Source of the DNA: a virus
Lineage: Duplodnaviria; Caudoviricetes
IMG/VR virus record: IMGVR_UViG_3300042542_005523
Strand: one strand, 5' to 3'
DNA length: 64,000 nt
The notes below the pieces were generated by a model, which was given only the letters and a program-made list of their open reading frames with translations, was not told the origin of the DNA and searched no databases. Position 1 is the first letter of the stretch; each line of letters opens with the position of its first letter. Both the position numbers and the translations under genes were made by a program. Shown one piece after another: positions 26,237 through 35,396 of the stretch.

Positions 26237-27811
26237 ATGGCTGGTTTTATAGATAACGAAAATGGTAATCCGGTATTTCAGAGGATTAGGGAATCTGTTA
26301 AGTCGATCTCTAAGTTCGGTATGAAATACGAGGACATGGTGATTAAGAACTCCATGGCTGTTGGCGCTACTGAAGCTGCTTTCATTAATCAGAACAAAAC
26401 AAACGTTCCTGATGAGAATATGATGTATAGTCTTGCGAAGCAAGATACTATGGTCAAACAGTATATCTCTTATTTCGACAAGGATTATAAGGGAAAGAGG
26501 GATTATCTTAGGAAATTCTCTCTTAACCCAGAGATAGAAGGAGTTCTTGATATTGTTTGTGACGAATCCATAAACTACGACCCTTCTAATTATTACGCAT
26601 ATCCCGATTTTCTAGATATAACTACTCTAAAAGAAAAAACAAGAGAAAAGGTTTATGACGTTTTTAGAAAAATATATGACATCTGGGGATTTAGCGATGA
26701 TATAACAGCATGGCAATTCTTTAGACAATTCATGGTGGACGGATTCCTTGCATTTGAAATAATCTGGGACAATAGGGGGAAAGAGATAATTGGATTTAAA
26801 GAATTGGACGCTACTTCTTTAATACCTAGCGTAGAAAAACAACCAGACGGAAGACATGTCAACGTTTGGATACAATTTCCGAATGACCCTAAAAAGACAA
26901 GAATGCTATATGACTCCCAGATCATATACATGTCTTATGCTAAGGGAAATTCAGTTTCCAGATTAAGTTATGTTGAGAGATTAATTAGACCTTATAATAC
27001 CCTAAGAATTATAGAATACACTAGGGTAATTTGGTCAGTGATGAATGCTTCATTCAAGCTTAAAATGACCGTTCCTGTTGGATCAAGATCACCTCAGAAA
27101 GCTATGCAGACCTTGGGTGAACTTATGAGTATCTATAAGGAGGATATTAGCTTGAGCGATGATACTGGTGAATTGCTAGTTGACGGAGCACCTAAGATAC
27201 AATTCTATAAGAATTATCTGATACCACAGGGCCAAAACGGTCAACCTACAATTGAGCCCTTGACAATGGAGGGACCGAACTTAAATGATCCTGCCCCTCT
27301 TGCATATTTCTACGATAGATTCATAGAGGAATCTAAAATACCTGCTACAAGATTTAAGGGGTTAGATGGATCTTCTAGTGCAACATATTCCAACACTGCG
27401 GATGGCCTGGACAAGGAAGAGGTAAGATTTAGTAAGTTCATAAGTAGATTGAGAACCAATTTTCAGGATATCATTATAAAGCCACTTTGGTTACAAATAT
27501 GTAAAGACAATCCGGAATTAGAAAAAGATCTAGTTTTTAAGAGCCAGCTTGGACTTAAGTACATCAGTGAGAACCCTTTTAGGGTAAACCAGGAGATGGA
27601 ATTGATCACCAAGAGAAAAGAAAGCGTAGATTCGCTAGCTCTTATAATGGAAGACGACGATAAACCTTATTTTTCGCAGACTTACTTAATTGAGAATTTT
27701 CTCGGACTTACACCTGCAGACATTAAAGCTAACAAGATAGCAAAAGAAAAGAATGCCAAGAAGAAAGAGAAGGAAGGCGGGGAGGAAGAAGCACCAGAAG
27801 TTACTTTATAA
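26237..27811 (+). CDS. gp20: Portal protein (gp20-like), copy 1
   Basis: PEIEGVLDIVCDESI, FRQFMVDG, LSYVERLIRPYNTLR, FYKNYLIP, EEVRFSKFISRLR. Confidence 0.88.
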   Translation: MAGFIDNENGNPVFQRIRESVKSISKFGMKYEDMVIKNSMAVGATEAAFINQNKTNVPDENMMYSLAKQDTMVKQYISYFDKDYKGKRDYLRKFSLNPEIEGVLDIVCDESINYDPSNYYAYPDFLDITTLKEKTREKVYDVFRKIYDIWGFSDDITAWQFFRQFMVDGFLAFEIIWDNRGKEIIGFKELDATSLIPSVEKQPDGRHVNVWIQFPNDPKKTRMLYDSQIIYMSYAKGNSVSRLSYVERLIRPYNTLRIIEYTRVIWSVMNASFKLKMTVPVGSRSPQKAMQTLGELMSIYKEDISLSDDTGELLVDGAPKIQFYKNYLIPQGQNGQPTIEPLTMEGPNLNDPAPLAYFYDRFIEESKIPATRFKGLDGSSSATYSNTADGLDKEEVRFSKFISRLRTNFQDIIIKPLWLQICKDNPELEKDLVFKSQLGLKYISENPFRVNQEMELITKRKESVDSLALIMEDDDKPYFSQTYLIENFLGLTPADIKANKIAKEKNAKKKEKEGGEEEAPEVTL

Positions 27812-27825
27812 ATAAAAAAATAGAA

Positions 27826-29475
27826 ATGGCAGGATTTATAGATCCCATACAACCAAATAGTGCATTCGGAACGATACTGAGAAGTCTTTCTCAGATATCT
27901 AGGTTTGGTATGAAGTACGAGGATATGGTTGTTAGGAATTCACAGGCCATAGGTAAAACCGAATCTGAATTCTTCAATGAGCAGGGAACAGGATTTACAG
28001 AAAGTGATGCTTTTTATTGGACGGTTTCTCATTCTGATACGAAGGTAAGAAAGTACATAGCTTATTTTGATAAGGATTACATAGACAAAAGAAACTTTCT
28101 TAGGAAGTTTTCGCTAAACGGTGAGATTGAGTTTATACTCGATACGGTAACTGATGAAGCTGTGGTTTACGACGAGAAGAATTATTTTGCATATCCTGAG
28201 ATCAAGAATTTGGACGTAAGCGATAAGGTAAAAGATAAACTGATGGAGAATTTTTACCGGATCTATCATCTTTTCAATTTTCAGGAAAGTATATTAGCTT
28301 GGCAGGTATTTAGGCAGCTCCTAATTGATGGGTTTCTAGCTTATGAGATAATCTACGATAGCAGAGGCAAGCAAGTCATTGGATTTAAAGAACTCGATGC
28401 AACATCACTTCAGCCTATGGTTGAAAAAGTTGGCGAAAATGATTTTCAGCAGGTTTGGGTTCAGTATCCAAAGAATCCCCAGATGACAAGAAAGCTTAAG
28501 AATGAGCAGGTTATCTACATATCATATGCTAAAGGTAATTCAATTTCCAGGGTAAGTTATGTTGAGAGATTAGTTAGATCCTATAACATCCTGAAAATAA
28601 TGGAGAACAGTAGGATTATATGGAATGTCATGAACGCTTCATATAGATTGAAGTTTGTTATACCTATAGGTACACAGTCACCACAAAAGGCCATGCAAAC
28701 GCTAGGACAAATAATGTCTTATCATAAAGAGGAGATATCTATAAACGACAATTCAGGGGAATTGACTGTTAACGGAAGACCAAAAATTCAGTTCTATAAA
28801 AACTATCTTTTCCCTGAGAAGGATGGTGTTTCCCCTACCATAGAAACACTAAATGCAGCTGGACCTGATTTTAATATCATGGACAACGTGCTTTACTTCT
28901 TCAATAAACTAAAGCAAGATTCTAAAATACCGTATGCGAGATTTGCTTATAGAGGTGGAACACCTGCAAACAACCAAATTAGCATTGATTCTTTAGAAAG
29001 AGATGAGATAAGGTTCGAGAAGTTTCTTTCCAGATTGAGATCGATTTATCAGGAAATCATAGTTAAGCCTCTTTATATACAAATGTGTCTTGATTATCCT
29101 GAGCTTGTAAAAGATAGAAGCTTTAAAACTAATCTTGGAATTAATTTCGTAAGGGAAAGCGAATTCAACGATCTGGTTGAACTTGCTAATCTAGTTAAAA
29201 GAGGGGATTTTATAAAATCTCTTGCTGACATGAAAGTTAAAGTTGGTGAAGAAGAGCAGCCTTATTTTGATAAAGATTTCCTTGTTCAGAGATTTTTAGG
29301 TCTAACACCGGAGCAGATAGAGGGCAATGCTTCATACAAAGAGCTCGAAGCTAAATCTGCTAAAAAGGAAAGCTCTACTAGCGGAGCTGAGGGCGAGGCA
29401 GCTCCAGCGGAAGAAGAAGCGGCAGCTCCAGCGGAAGAAGAAGCGGCAGCACCCGCTGAGGAAAAGACTGCATAG
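27826..29475 (+). CDS. gp20: Portal protein (gp20-like), copy 2
   Basis: GEIEFILDTVTDEAV, FRQLLIDG, VSYVERLVRSYNILK, FYKNYLFP, DEIRFEKFLSRLR. Confidence 0.88.
   Translation: MAGFIDPIQPNSAFGTILRSLSQISRFGMKYEDMVVRNSQAIGKTESEFFNEQGTGFTESDAFYWTVSHSDTKVRKYIAYFDKDYIDKRNFLRKFSLNGEIEFILDTVTDEAVVYDEKNYFAYPEIKNLDVSDKVKDKLMENFYRIYHLFNFQESILAWQVFRQLLIDGFLAYEIIYDSRGKQVIGFKELDATSLQPMVEKVGENDFQQVWVQYPKNPQMTRKLKNEQVIYISYAKGNSISRVSYVERLVRSYNILKIMENSRIIWNVMNASYRLKFVIPIGTQSPQKAMQTLGQIMSYHKEEISINDNSGELTVNGRPKIQFYKNYLFPEKDGVSPTIETLNAAGPDFNIMDNVLYFFNKLKQDSKIPYARFAYRGGTPANNQISIDSLERDEIRFEKFLSRLRSIYQEIIVKPLYIQMCLDYPELVKDRSFKTNLGINFVRESEFNDLVELANLVKRGDFIKSLADMKVKVGEEEQPYFDKDFLVQRFLGLTPEQIEGNASYKELEAKSAKKESSTSGAEGEAAPAEEEAAAPAEEEAAAPAEEKTA
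29398..29460 (+). repeat. 24-bp tandem repeat in portal-2 tail (AAPAEEEA x2 plus degenerate copy)
   Basis: GCAGCTCCAGCGGAAGAAGAAGCG at 29398 and 29422 exact, third copy degenerate. Confidence 0.9.
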
Positions 29476-29520
29476 TCCAGCCTAACACTCTAATACGTAA
29501 TTACATTTATCATTCTCCAT

Positions 29521-29548
29521 AAACCGTCGGAATACCTACGGTTTTTTT
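29521..29548 (+). terminator. Intrinsic terminator after portals
   Basis: AAACCGTcGG-aata-CCtACGGTTT plus T run. Confidence 0.75.
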
Positions 29549-29551
29549 ATT

Positions 29552-29559
29552 TATATTTG
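29552..29559 (+). promoter_or_regulatory. Bacteroidota-type -7 promoter element TATATTTG
   Basis: TAnnTTTG 24 nt upstream of ligase ATG, just after a terminator. Confidence 0.55.
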
Positions 29560-29582
29560 TATTATAACTAAATAGAAGTAAA

Positions 29583-30905
29583 ATGATTAAAGAACTAAGA
29601 ATCTTAAAGGAATTAGAGGAACTTACTGGAGAGGGATCACAGAAGAAAAAGCAGGAGATAATCAAACAAAATTGGACCTCTGAATTAGCTTACGTTTTTG
29701 ACGTGTGCTTCAATCCATTTGTTACTACCAAGCTACATAAGCTTAATTTTTCAGAGGATCCGAGCGATTCTTTTGGACTGGATAACTTCAAAGAGCTCGT
29801 TGAAAAATTAAAATCAGCTCCTGCAGCTAATAATTCTATAAGGTTAGAAGCTAATCAGATGGTAAACACCAGAATTACCGATGATAGTGACGACGCTGAC
29901 CTTAGAAAGATTCTAATGAAGGTGCTAACCAAGAGAATGAACGTTGGCGTTGGTGCGAAGCTGATCAACAAGGCTATTGGTAGAGAGGTGATACCTGATC
30001 CATCCGTTATGTTAGCAACCGACGACCAAGATTCGCTTCTAAGCTGGGATAAGATCTATTGTGAGGAAAAGTATGATGGCGTAAGAGTAATAGCTATTTA
30101 TAAGGAAGGTGGATTTAGTTACTTTACCAGAGCTTTTAATGAACTTGATGCAGATAAGCTGCACAAGATTACATTTTCTCTTAAACAGATAATGAACTTT
30201 TCAGGATTGAAAGGCTCTTGGTTCTTTGATGGTGAATTAACAGATCACAATAGGAAATCAGTAAGTGGTAAGGTTACGCAGATACTAAAGGGGACTGCCC
30301 CTGACAATATTGGGGACAGTATTATATTTAATGTATTTGATCTTGAAGAATATGATACGCTAAGAGCCGGTGTAGGTATCATACCTTACTCAGTAAGAAG
30401 ACAGACGCTAGAATCTGTTATGAAAAACGTCGAAGAGAGTGAGCCAGTGAAATTAGCTACAATGCGGGAACTTGAAGATCCCTCTCAGATTGCTTCGGTA
30501 TACCAAAAAATAGTGGATGCAGGGGGAGAGGGAGTTATATGCAAGAATGATCATCTGTACGAATGTAAAAGATCAAAAAGCTGGGTGAAATTCAAGGAGG
30601 TTAACGAATGTGATCTTGTCATCCGTGGATGGTACGCAGGAGAGGGTAAAAGGGAGGGCTTCATAGGTGGACTTGTATGCACGGACCTATCTGAAACCTT
30701 GCATGTTAAAATAGGATCAGGTTTTACCGACGAGGACCTTAAATCATTGAGTGCTAACCCAGATGCCCTTCGAGGGAAGATATGTGCTGTGCAATACAAC
30801 GTTACAATTACTGACAAGTTTGATAATAGATCACTATTTTTGCCTAGATTCGTAGAGATAAGAAACGATAAGTCAGAGGCTGATGATTTATCATCCAAAT
30901 TTTGA
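29583..30905 (+). CDS. gp30: ATP-dependent DNA ligase
   Basis: Motif I EEKYDGVR, III FDGEL, IIIa FNVFD, IV GEGVICK, V WVKFK, OB-fold VKIGSGFTD, LFLPRF. Confidence 0.95.
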   Translation: MIKELRILKELEELTGEGSQKKKQEIIKQNWTSELAYVFDVCFNPFVTTKLHKLNFSEDPSDSFGLDNFKELVEKLKSAPAANNSIRLEANQMVNTRITDDSDDADLRKILMKVLTKRMNVGVGAKLINKAIGREVIPDPSVMLATDDQDSLLSWDKIYCEEKYDGVRVIAIYKEGGFSYFTRAFNELDADKLHKITFSLKQIMNFSGLKGSWFFDGELTDHNRKSVSGKVTQILKGTAPDNIGDSIIFNVFDLEEYDTLRAGVGIIPYSVRRQTLESVMKNVEESEPVKLATMRELEDPSQIASVYQKIVDAGGEGVICKNDHLYECKRSKSWVKFKEVNECDLVIRGWYAGEGKREGFIGGLVCTDLSETLHVKIGSGFTDEDLKSLSANPDALRGKICAVQYNVTITDKFDNRSLFLPRFVEIRNDKSEADDLSSKF

Positions 30906-30934
30906 GAAACAGTTTCGTTAATTTCTAATATAAT
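30906..30934 (+). promoter_or_regulatory. Middle-type promoter GAAACA-N17-TATAAT
   Basis: Upstream of clamp loader operon. Confidence 0.6.
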
Positions 30935-30939
30935 ACAAT

Positions 30940-31890
30940 ATGATGCAGGAATTATTAACAGAGAAATTAAGGCCCAAGGAAATTAGGCATATGATATTGC
31001 CTCAGAGAATAAGAAAGATCTTTGAGACTAACGGGCTCAATCATAATGTTCTTTTATCGGGTAGCCCTGGTAGCGGTAAGACCACGCTTGCTAAAATATT
31101 AGCAGCACCCTACCCGCACCTTTTTATAAATGTTTCGGATGAGAGTTCTGTTGAGACGATACGTACTAAAATTAATGATTTTTGTTCAACAATGTCGATT
31201 ATGGACGGTGCTTCTTCAAAGAAAGTGGTTGTATTGGATGAGTTCGACGGTGCATCAGATCAGTTCTATAAGGCTTTAAGAGGAACTGTAGAGAAGTTTG
31301 CATCTAATACAAGATTCATTGCTACTTGTAACTGGATCAACAAGGTTCCTGATGCAATTCAGAGCAGATTTGAGGTGATTGACTTTGATCCTGTTTCTTC
31401 AGAGGAGGAGAACGAAGTAAAATCAGAATGGAGAAAGAGAATAAACCTTATCCTGAATAAGGTTTCTATTGAAATAGACGAAGAATCTCTTCTGGAATTT
31501 GAAAGAAACTTCTATCCTGATTTGAGATCCTCCCTTAACAAGATCCAAACCTGGATGCTAGAGGGAACTAATAAGGTTGATCTAGCAAAAGTTAGAGAAA
31601 TAGGATGGAGTTACGAGTCACTCTACAATTTACTTTTTTCTCCACCGGACCCAATTGGTAACTATCAGAACTTAGTTGGAGAATATAACGGAAAGACCGA
31701 CGACATAATGAGTGCCTTAGGAGATGAATTCGTACAGTGGGTTATTAAAAACAAAAAATCACATTCTAAGATTATCCCTGGTGTGATAGTTCTAGTGGCT
31801 GAACATCAGGCACAAAGACTTCAGGTTATCGACCCGATGGTTTCTCTTCTTTCCCTATTTTTCCAGATACAAAAACTTATACAGCCATGA
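30940..31890 (+). CDS. gp44: Clamp loader large subunit (T4 gp44/RFC AAA+)
   Basis: EKLRPK, GSPGSGKTT, INVSDE, VLDEFDG, RFIATCNW, AIQSRF, YPDLRS. Confidence 0.93.
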   Translation: MMQELLTEKLRPKEIRHMILPQRIRKIFETNGLNHNVLLSGSPGSGKTTLAKILAAPYPHLFINVSDESSVETIRTKINDFCSTMSIMDGASSKKVVVLDEFDGASDQFYKALRGTVEKFASNTRFIATCNWINKVPDAIQSRFEVIDFDPVSSEEENEVKSEWRKRINLILNKVSIEIDEESLLEFERNFYPDLRSSLNKIQTWMLEGTNKVDLAKVREIGWSYESLYNLLFSPPDPIGNYQNLVGEYNGKTDDIMSALGDEFVQWVIKNKKSHSKIIPGVIVLVAEHQAQRLQVIDPMVSLLSLFFQIQKLIQP

Positions 31891-32198
31891 AAGAATTAGC
31901 AGAAGTTATTAATAGAAACGGATACATCTATAAACAATTAAAGAGGACGGATAAAGCTGCCATGTATTCTCAATCTGATGCGGAAGATCTGGAAGCAGAT
32001 TTCAAGGCGTTTGAGGTTTTTAAGATAAAAATAGGAAAAGCTAAGGTTGTTTTTGGAGTCGAATTACCAGAAAAGGAAAAGTTCCCGAGCGACGAGGATT
32101 TTGGTAAATGGGCTTGGACGTATACCGACTACGAGAAAGCTATTGATAGATTCAATAAAATAGAGAACGGAATAGAAGACGATGAAGACAATGAGTAA
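31887..32198 (+). CDS. Hypothetical protein
   Basis: 103-aa coupled ORF with EKFPSDEDFGKWAW motif. Confidence 0.7.
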   Translation: MKELAEVINRNGYIYKQLKRTDKAAMYSQSDAEDLEADFKAFEVFKIKIGKAKVVFGVELPEKEKFPSDEDFGKWAWTYTDYEKAIDRFNKIENGIEDDEDNE

Positions 32199-32724
32199 AA
32201 AAAGAGTTATAATAGCAGGAAAGGGAGCTTCTGGCAAGGACCACTTGAGAAAGATGATGGTTGAGGAGGGCTTCAATTATTGTGTTTCACATACAACTAG
32301 ACCTATAAGATCTGACGAGGAAGAGGGCATAGATTACTATTTCATAAAGGAGTCCGATGCTTATGGGATGATACTGGAAGATCTTTTTTTGGAGCACACC
32401 ATATTTAATGGATGGGTTTACGGAACGAGTAAATCGGAGTTTCACAAATCTAATTTATTTATAATGACACCTTCTGGAATTTCTCAGTTATCACCTGAAG
32501 ACAGAAGCGAGTCCATTATTCTCTATGTTGACATCGACGAGAATATAAGAAGAGATAGAATGTCTATGAGAAGAGATGCAGACGACGTTGACCGTAGAAT
32601 AAAGGCAGACGAGAAAGACTTCTTGAATTTTATAGATTACGATTCCTCTATAACTGATCCTGCATTTAACAGGATACCGAAGGAACTATATAGTGTATTG
32701 AAAAAAATAGAACAGAATGATTAA
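32182..32724 (+). CDS. gmk: Guanylate kinase-like protein
   Basis: GKGASGKD P-loop, SHTTRPIR..EEEGIDYYF, WVYGTS; start may be 32191. Confidence 0.85.
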   Translation: MKTMSKKRVIIAGKGASGKDHLRKMMVEEGFNYCVSHTTRPIRSDEEEGIDYYFIKESDAYGMILEDLFLEHTIFNGWVYGTSKSEFHKSNLFIMTPSGISQLSPEDRSESIILYVDIDENIRRDRMSMRRDADDVDRRIKADEKDFLNFIDYDSSITDPAFNRIPKELYSVLKKIEQND

Positions 32725-33853
32725 TATTTGTGTTGACGGAAATTACATATTCCACAAAACCTTTGGGGTTTTTGCTGGTTATGGCAATGTGGATCCTGGT
32801 AAGGTTTTTTCTAAAAAATCAGACCAGACTATGTTTATTAGAAAAGTAGCGACTGACTTGTGCTCCTCATTAAACAATTTGCCTTCAGGTGGAAGACTTA
32901 TTTTTACAGCCGATAGCAAAAGCTGGAGAAGAGAAATTGAGATTGAAAATGGCGGATATAAGTCAAATAGAACAAAGGATGAGAATGTCGATTGGACTAT
33001 TTTCTTCGATCTTATGGATTCTTTTGGTCGCCAACTGGAGAAAATGGGATTCATTTATTCTAAAGTATCCGGAGCGGAGGGTGACGACCTTCTCTATATG
33101 TGGTCGAAGTACTTTAATAATAACGGAGAAGATTGTATAGTGGTATCTGGTGATAAAGATTTACATCAGCTAGCTAGATTTGAAGGATCGAATTGGACTA
33201 TAACGTGGAATAGCAACAATAAAAAGAATATAGTAACTACTCCTATCGGATGGAAGTCCAATTGGTTGGAAAAAGAGGAGGAAGCTAGCATTTTTAATAT
33301 GGGTTCTGTTATATCACCGGATAAGGGTAAATTAAAGACGCTGCTTTCCAAGTGCGAATTAAACGAGGTTGATCGTGAATTTTTCGTTCTGAATAAGATG
33401 TTTGTGGGTGATAAAGGTGATGCGGTACCATCTGTTTGGGAAATCCCGCAGAATGGCAAGAAAATGGGGTTCACGCCTAGAAAAAGCGAGTCTTTAATAG
33501 AAGCGATGAACACATCAGAGCAATGGAAGAATATACAGCCAAAAGAGCTACTAAATAGCAATGAATTTCTCAATTGGGCTTCTGGATTTATATTGAGAAC
33601 CATGAAGGATGTGGACTCCTCAGAGAATAGAAATAAGGTCTCTGATAACATCAGAAGAAATTACAAGCTCATGTGGCTGGATGATACAGTATTTCCTGAT
33701 AAAGTTGTTTCTGATTCAGAAGCGGAGATAGAAAGAGGAATTTCACTAGAAAGAAAATCAATAACATTAGACAGAATAAAAATACTAGAAGGTACAAATT
33801 GGATATCGCCTAATTACAGCCCATCCTCATTTGATCCTTTTGCAAATCTATAA
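32717..33853 (+). CDS. rnh: 5'-3' exonuclease/T4 RNase H
   Basis: CVDGNY, YKSNR, EGDDL, SGDKDLHQL, GDKGDAVP. Confidence 0.88.
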   Translation: MINICVDGNYIFHKTFGVFAGYGNVDPGKVFSKKSDQTMFIRKVATDLCSSLNNLPSGGRLIFTADSKSWRREIEIENGGYKSNRTKDENVDWTIFFDLMDSFGRQLEKMGFIYSKVSGAEGDDLLYMWSKYFNNNGEDCIVVSGDKDLHQLARFEGSNWTITWNSNNKKNIVTTPIGWKSNWLEKEEEASIFNMGSVISPDKGKLKTLLSKCELNEVDREFFVLNKMFVGDKGDAVPSVWEIPQNGKKMGFTPRKSESLIEAMNTSEQWKNIQPKELLNSNEFLNWASGFILRTMKDVDSSENRNKVSDNIRRNYKLMWLDDTVFPDKVVSDSEAEIERGISLERKSITLDRIKILEGTNWISPNYSPSSFDPFANL

Positions 33854-33855
33854 AG

Positions 33856-34284
33856 ATGGAACTTTTTGACGTAGTAAAGAAAATATTCGAAAAAAAAGAG
33901 TCAAAGTGGGCTGATGTAGCTAAGGTAGACAAGAACAGGAATTTTTTCATGCTCAATAGAATAATGTCCATTCAATTTCCGGTTCAAGCTAATCAGTTTA
34001 ATAAATTAAAGATAACACCACATACTGTTATAGATTGGTGGCATGATACATTGAGTCCTAGATTTACCTCCCCTCCTAAATGGATCTACACAAAGACCAA
34101 AAAATCTTCTGAGAAAAAAGATAGCTCTAAAAAGGATCACAATTTTGAGGATGCTGAGAAGTTCATAAGAGAAAAATTCGAGGTTTCTAAAAGGGATCTT
34201 GATCAGATTAAGAAGTTCTATCCAGATAGATATAATGCTTGGCTATCCTCCGTATCGGATCAATTGGGTGTCAAGAGTAAGTAA
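33856..34284 (+). CDS. Clamp loader small subunit-like (gp62-like)
   Basis: FFMLNRIMS..FP..ANQFN resembles gp62 core; inside replication operon. Confidence 0.45.
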   Translation: MELFDVVKKIFEKKESKWADVAKVDKNRNFFMLNRIMSIQFPVQANQFNKLKITPHTVIDWWHDTLSPRFTSPPKWIYTKTKKSSEKKDSSKKDHNFEDAEKFIREKFEVSKRDLDQIKKFYPDRYNAWLSSVSDQLGVKSK

Positions 34285-34292
34285 ATATATAG
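34284..34292 (+). promoter_or_regulatory. Late-type promoter AATATATAG
   Basis: Upstream of ATG 34309. Confidence 0.5.
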
Positions 34293-34308
34293 AGGATACA
34301 CTATAATT

Positions 34309-34860
34309 ATGAGGAAAGAGCATTCAAAACTTATCGATAAAGTTATATCCAGTTTAGATTGGGATTCTATTTTTGAGGTCTATAAGGCATTCAAAATGGG
34401 AATAGGCGAGGGTAGCAACGTTATACCTGGCATTAAAAGAAAACCTTTTAGCGATTCTCTTACCAAGAATGACATAAAGGGAGAGCTTAAGACTATACTA
34501 AAACAGGTAATAGACGGAGATATATCCGACATAACATACGGTCCTTGGATCATAAACTGGGACAATGGCGACTGGGAGCCTGTTGAGGATGAGATGGACG
34601 AGGATATCGATGACCAGGAGGAGGAAAATATTGAAGATCCTAATATAGTAAATTCAAGGCTTGAGGTTATCTATGCACCTCAACGAATAGCCCTTATAAT
34701 TAACTCATTAAAGGATGAACAACCCGAGGGAGAACTCAATGACTCTTATTTAATAGAGAGCTTGATGCAGAAAGCTATTAAGAATGAGGATTATGAACTA
34801 GCTTCTAAATTCAGGGACATTTTGAAGCATCAGGATAAAGAACAAAGTTCTGATATATAG
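34309..34860 (+). CDS. Hypothetical protein with C-terminal UvrB/C (UVR) motif
   Basis: KAIKNEDYELASKFRDIL; acidic central linker. Confidence 0.6.
   Translation: MRKEHSKLIDKVISSLDWDSIFEVYKAFKMGIGEGSNVIPGIKRKPFSDSLTKNDIKGELKTILKQVIDGDISDITYGPWIINWDNGDWEPVEDEMDEDIDDQEEENIEDPNIVNSRLEVIYAPQRIALIINSLKDEQPEGELNDSYLIESLMQKAIKNEDYELASKFRDILKHQDKEQSSDI
34852..34860 (+). promoter_or_regulatory. Late-type promoter GATATATAG overlapping TAG stop
   Basis: Exact motif ending 3 nt before GTG 34864. Confidence 0.5.
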
Positions 34861-34863
34861 TAG

Positions 34864-35355
34864 GTGAAATATATTAAATCAATAAACGAATTTGACACAG
34901 GTACCCCGTTTGGTGATACCTATGGATACGGCGGGGCAAATGGTGTTTTTAAAATAAACTATAAGCCATTTTCTGATCTTTCTATAGAAGTTGGCCCGGA
35001 TCCCAATGTGCCTAGATCTATAAAGGGATCTGAATTTCAGGTTGGTGATTTCGTTGTAGCTGAGCCTATTAACTCTAAGAGCAAAAAGAATAAAAAGATT
35101 GGTATAATAGTTAGAGCTCAAAAAACACCAGACTCAAAGGGATTTAGATATTTCATACAGGTTTTCAATATAGGGAAGCTTACTGAGAAAGTAATAGAGG
35201 TCAAGCCTAATGCTATACAATTTATAGACCAAGGTGATAAAGGACACCAGGATTTACTTTCCAAATACAAGATCGCTCAGCTTCCTGGTAAAGCATTCAA
35301 TTCTCCTACCGTTTACAACGATGCCGATCTTGGTCTTTCTACCGTAGGTGGATAA
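34864..35355 (+). CDS. Putative head-packaged protein with KOW-like domain
   Basis: N-terminus MKYIKSINEF; FQVGDFVVAEP..IGIIV. Confidence 0.55.
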   Translation: MKYIKSINEFDTGTPFGDTYGYGGANGVFKINYKPFSDLSIEVGPDPNVPRSIKGSEFQVGDFVVAEPINSKSKKNKKIGIIVRAQKTPDSKGFRYFIQVFNIGKLTEKVIEVKPNAIQFIDQGDKGHQDLLSKYKIAQLPGKAFNSPTVYNDADLGLSTVGG

Positions 35356-35356
35356 C

Positions 35357-35385
35357 GGAACTTAAGTCATTTCCTTTAGTATAAT
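35357..35385 (+). promoter_or_regulatory. Middle-type promoter GGAACT-N17-TATAAT
   Basis: Intergenic, upstream of UvsE-like gene. Confidence 0.6.
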
Positions 35386-35396
35386 AATAAAAAGGA

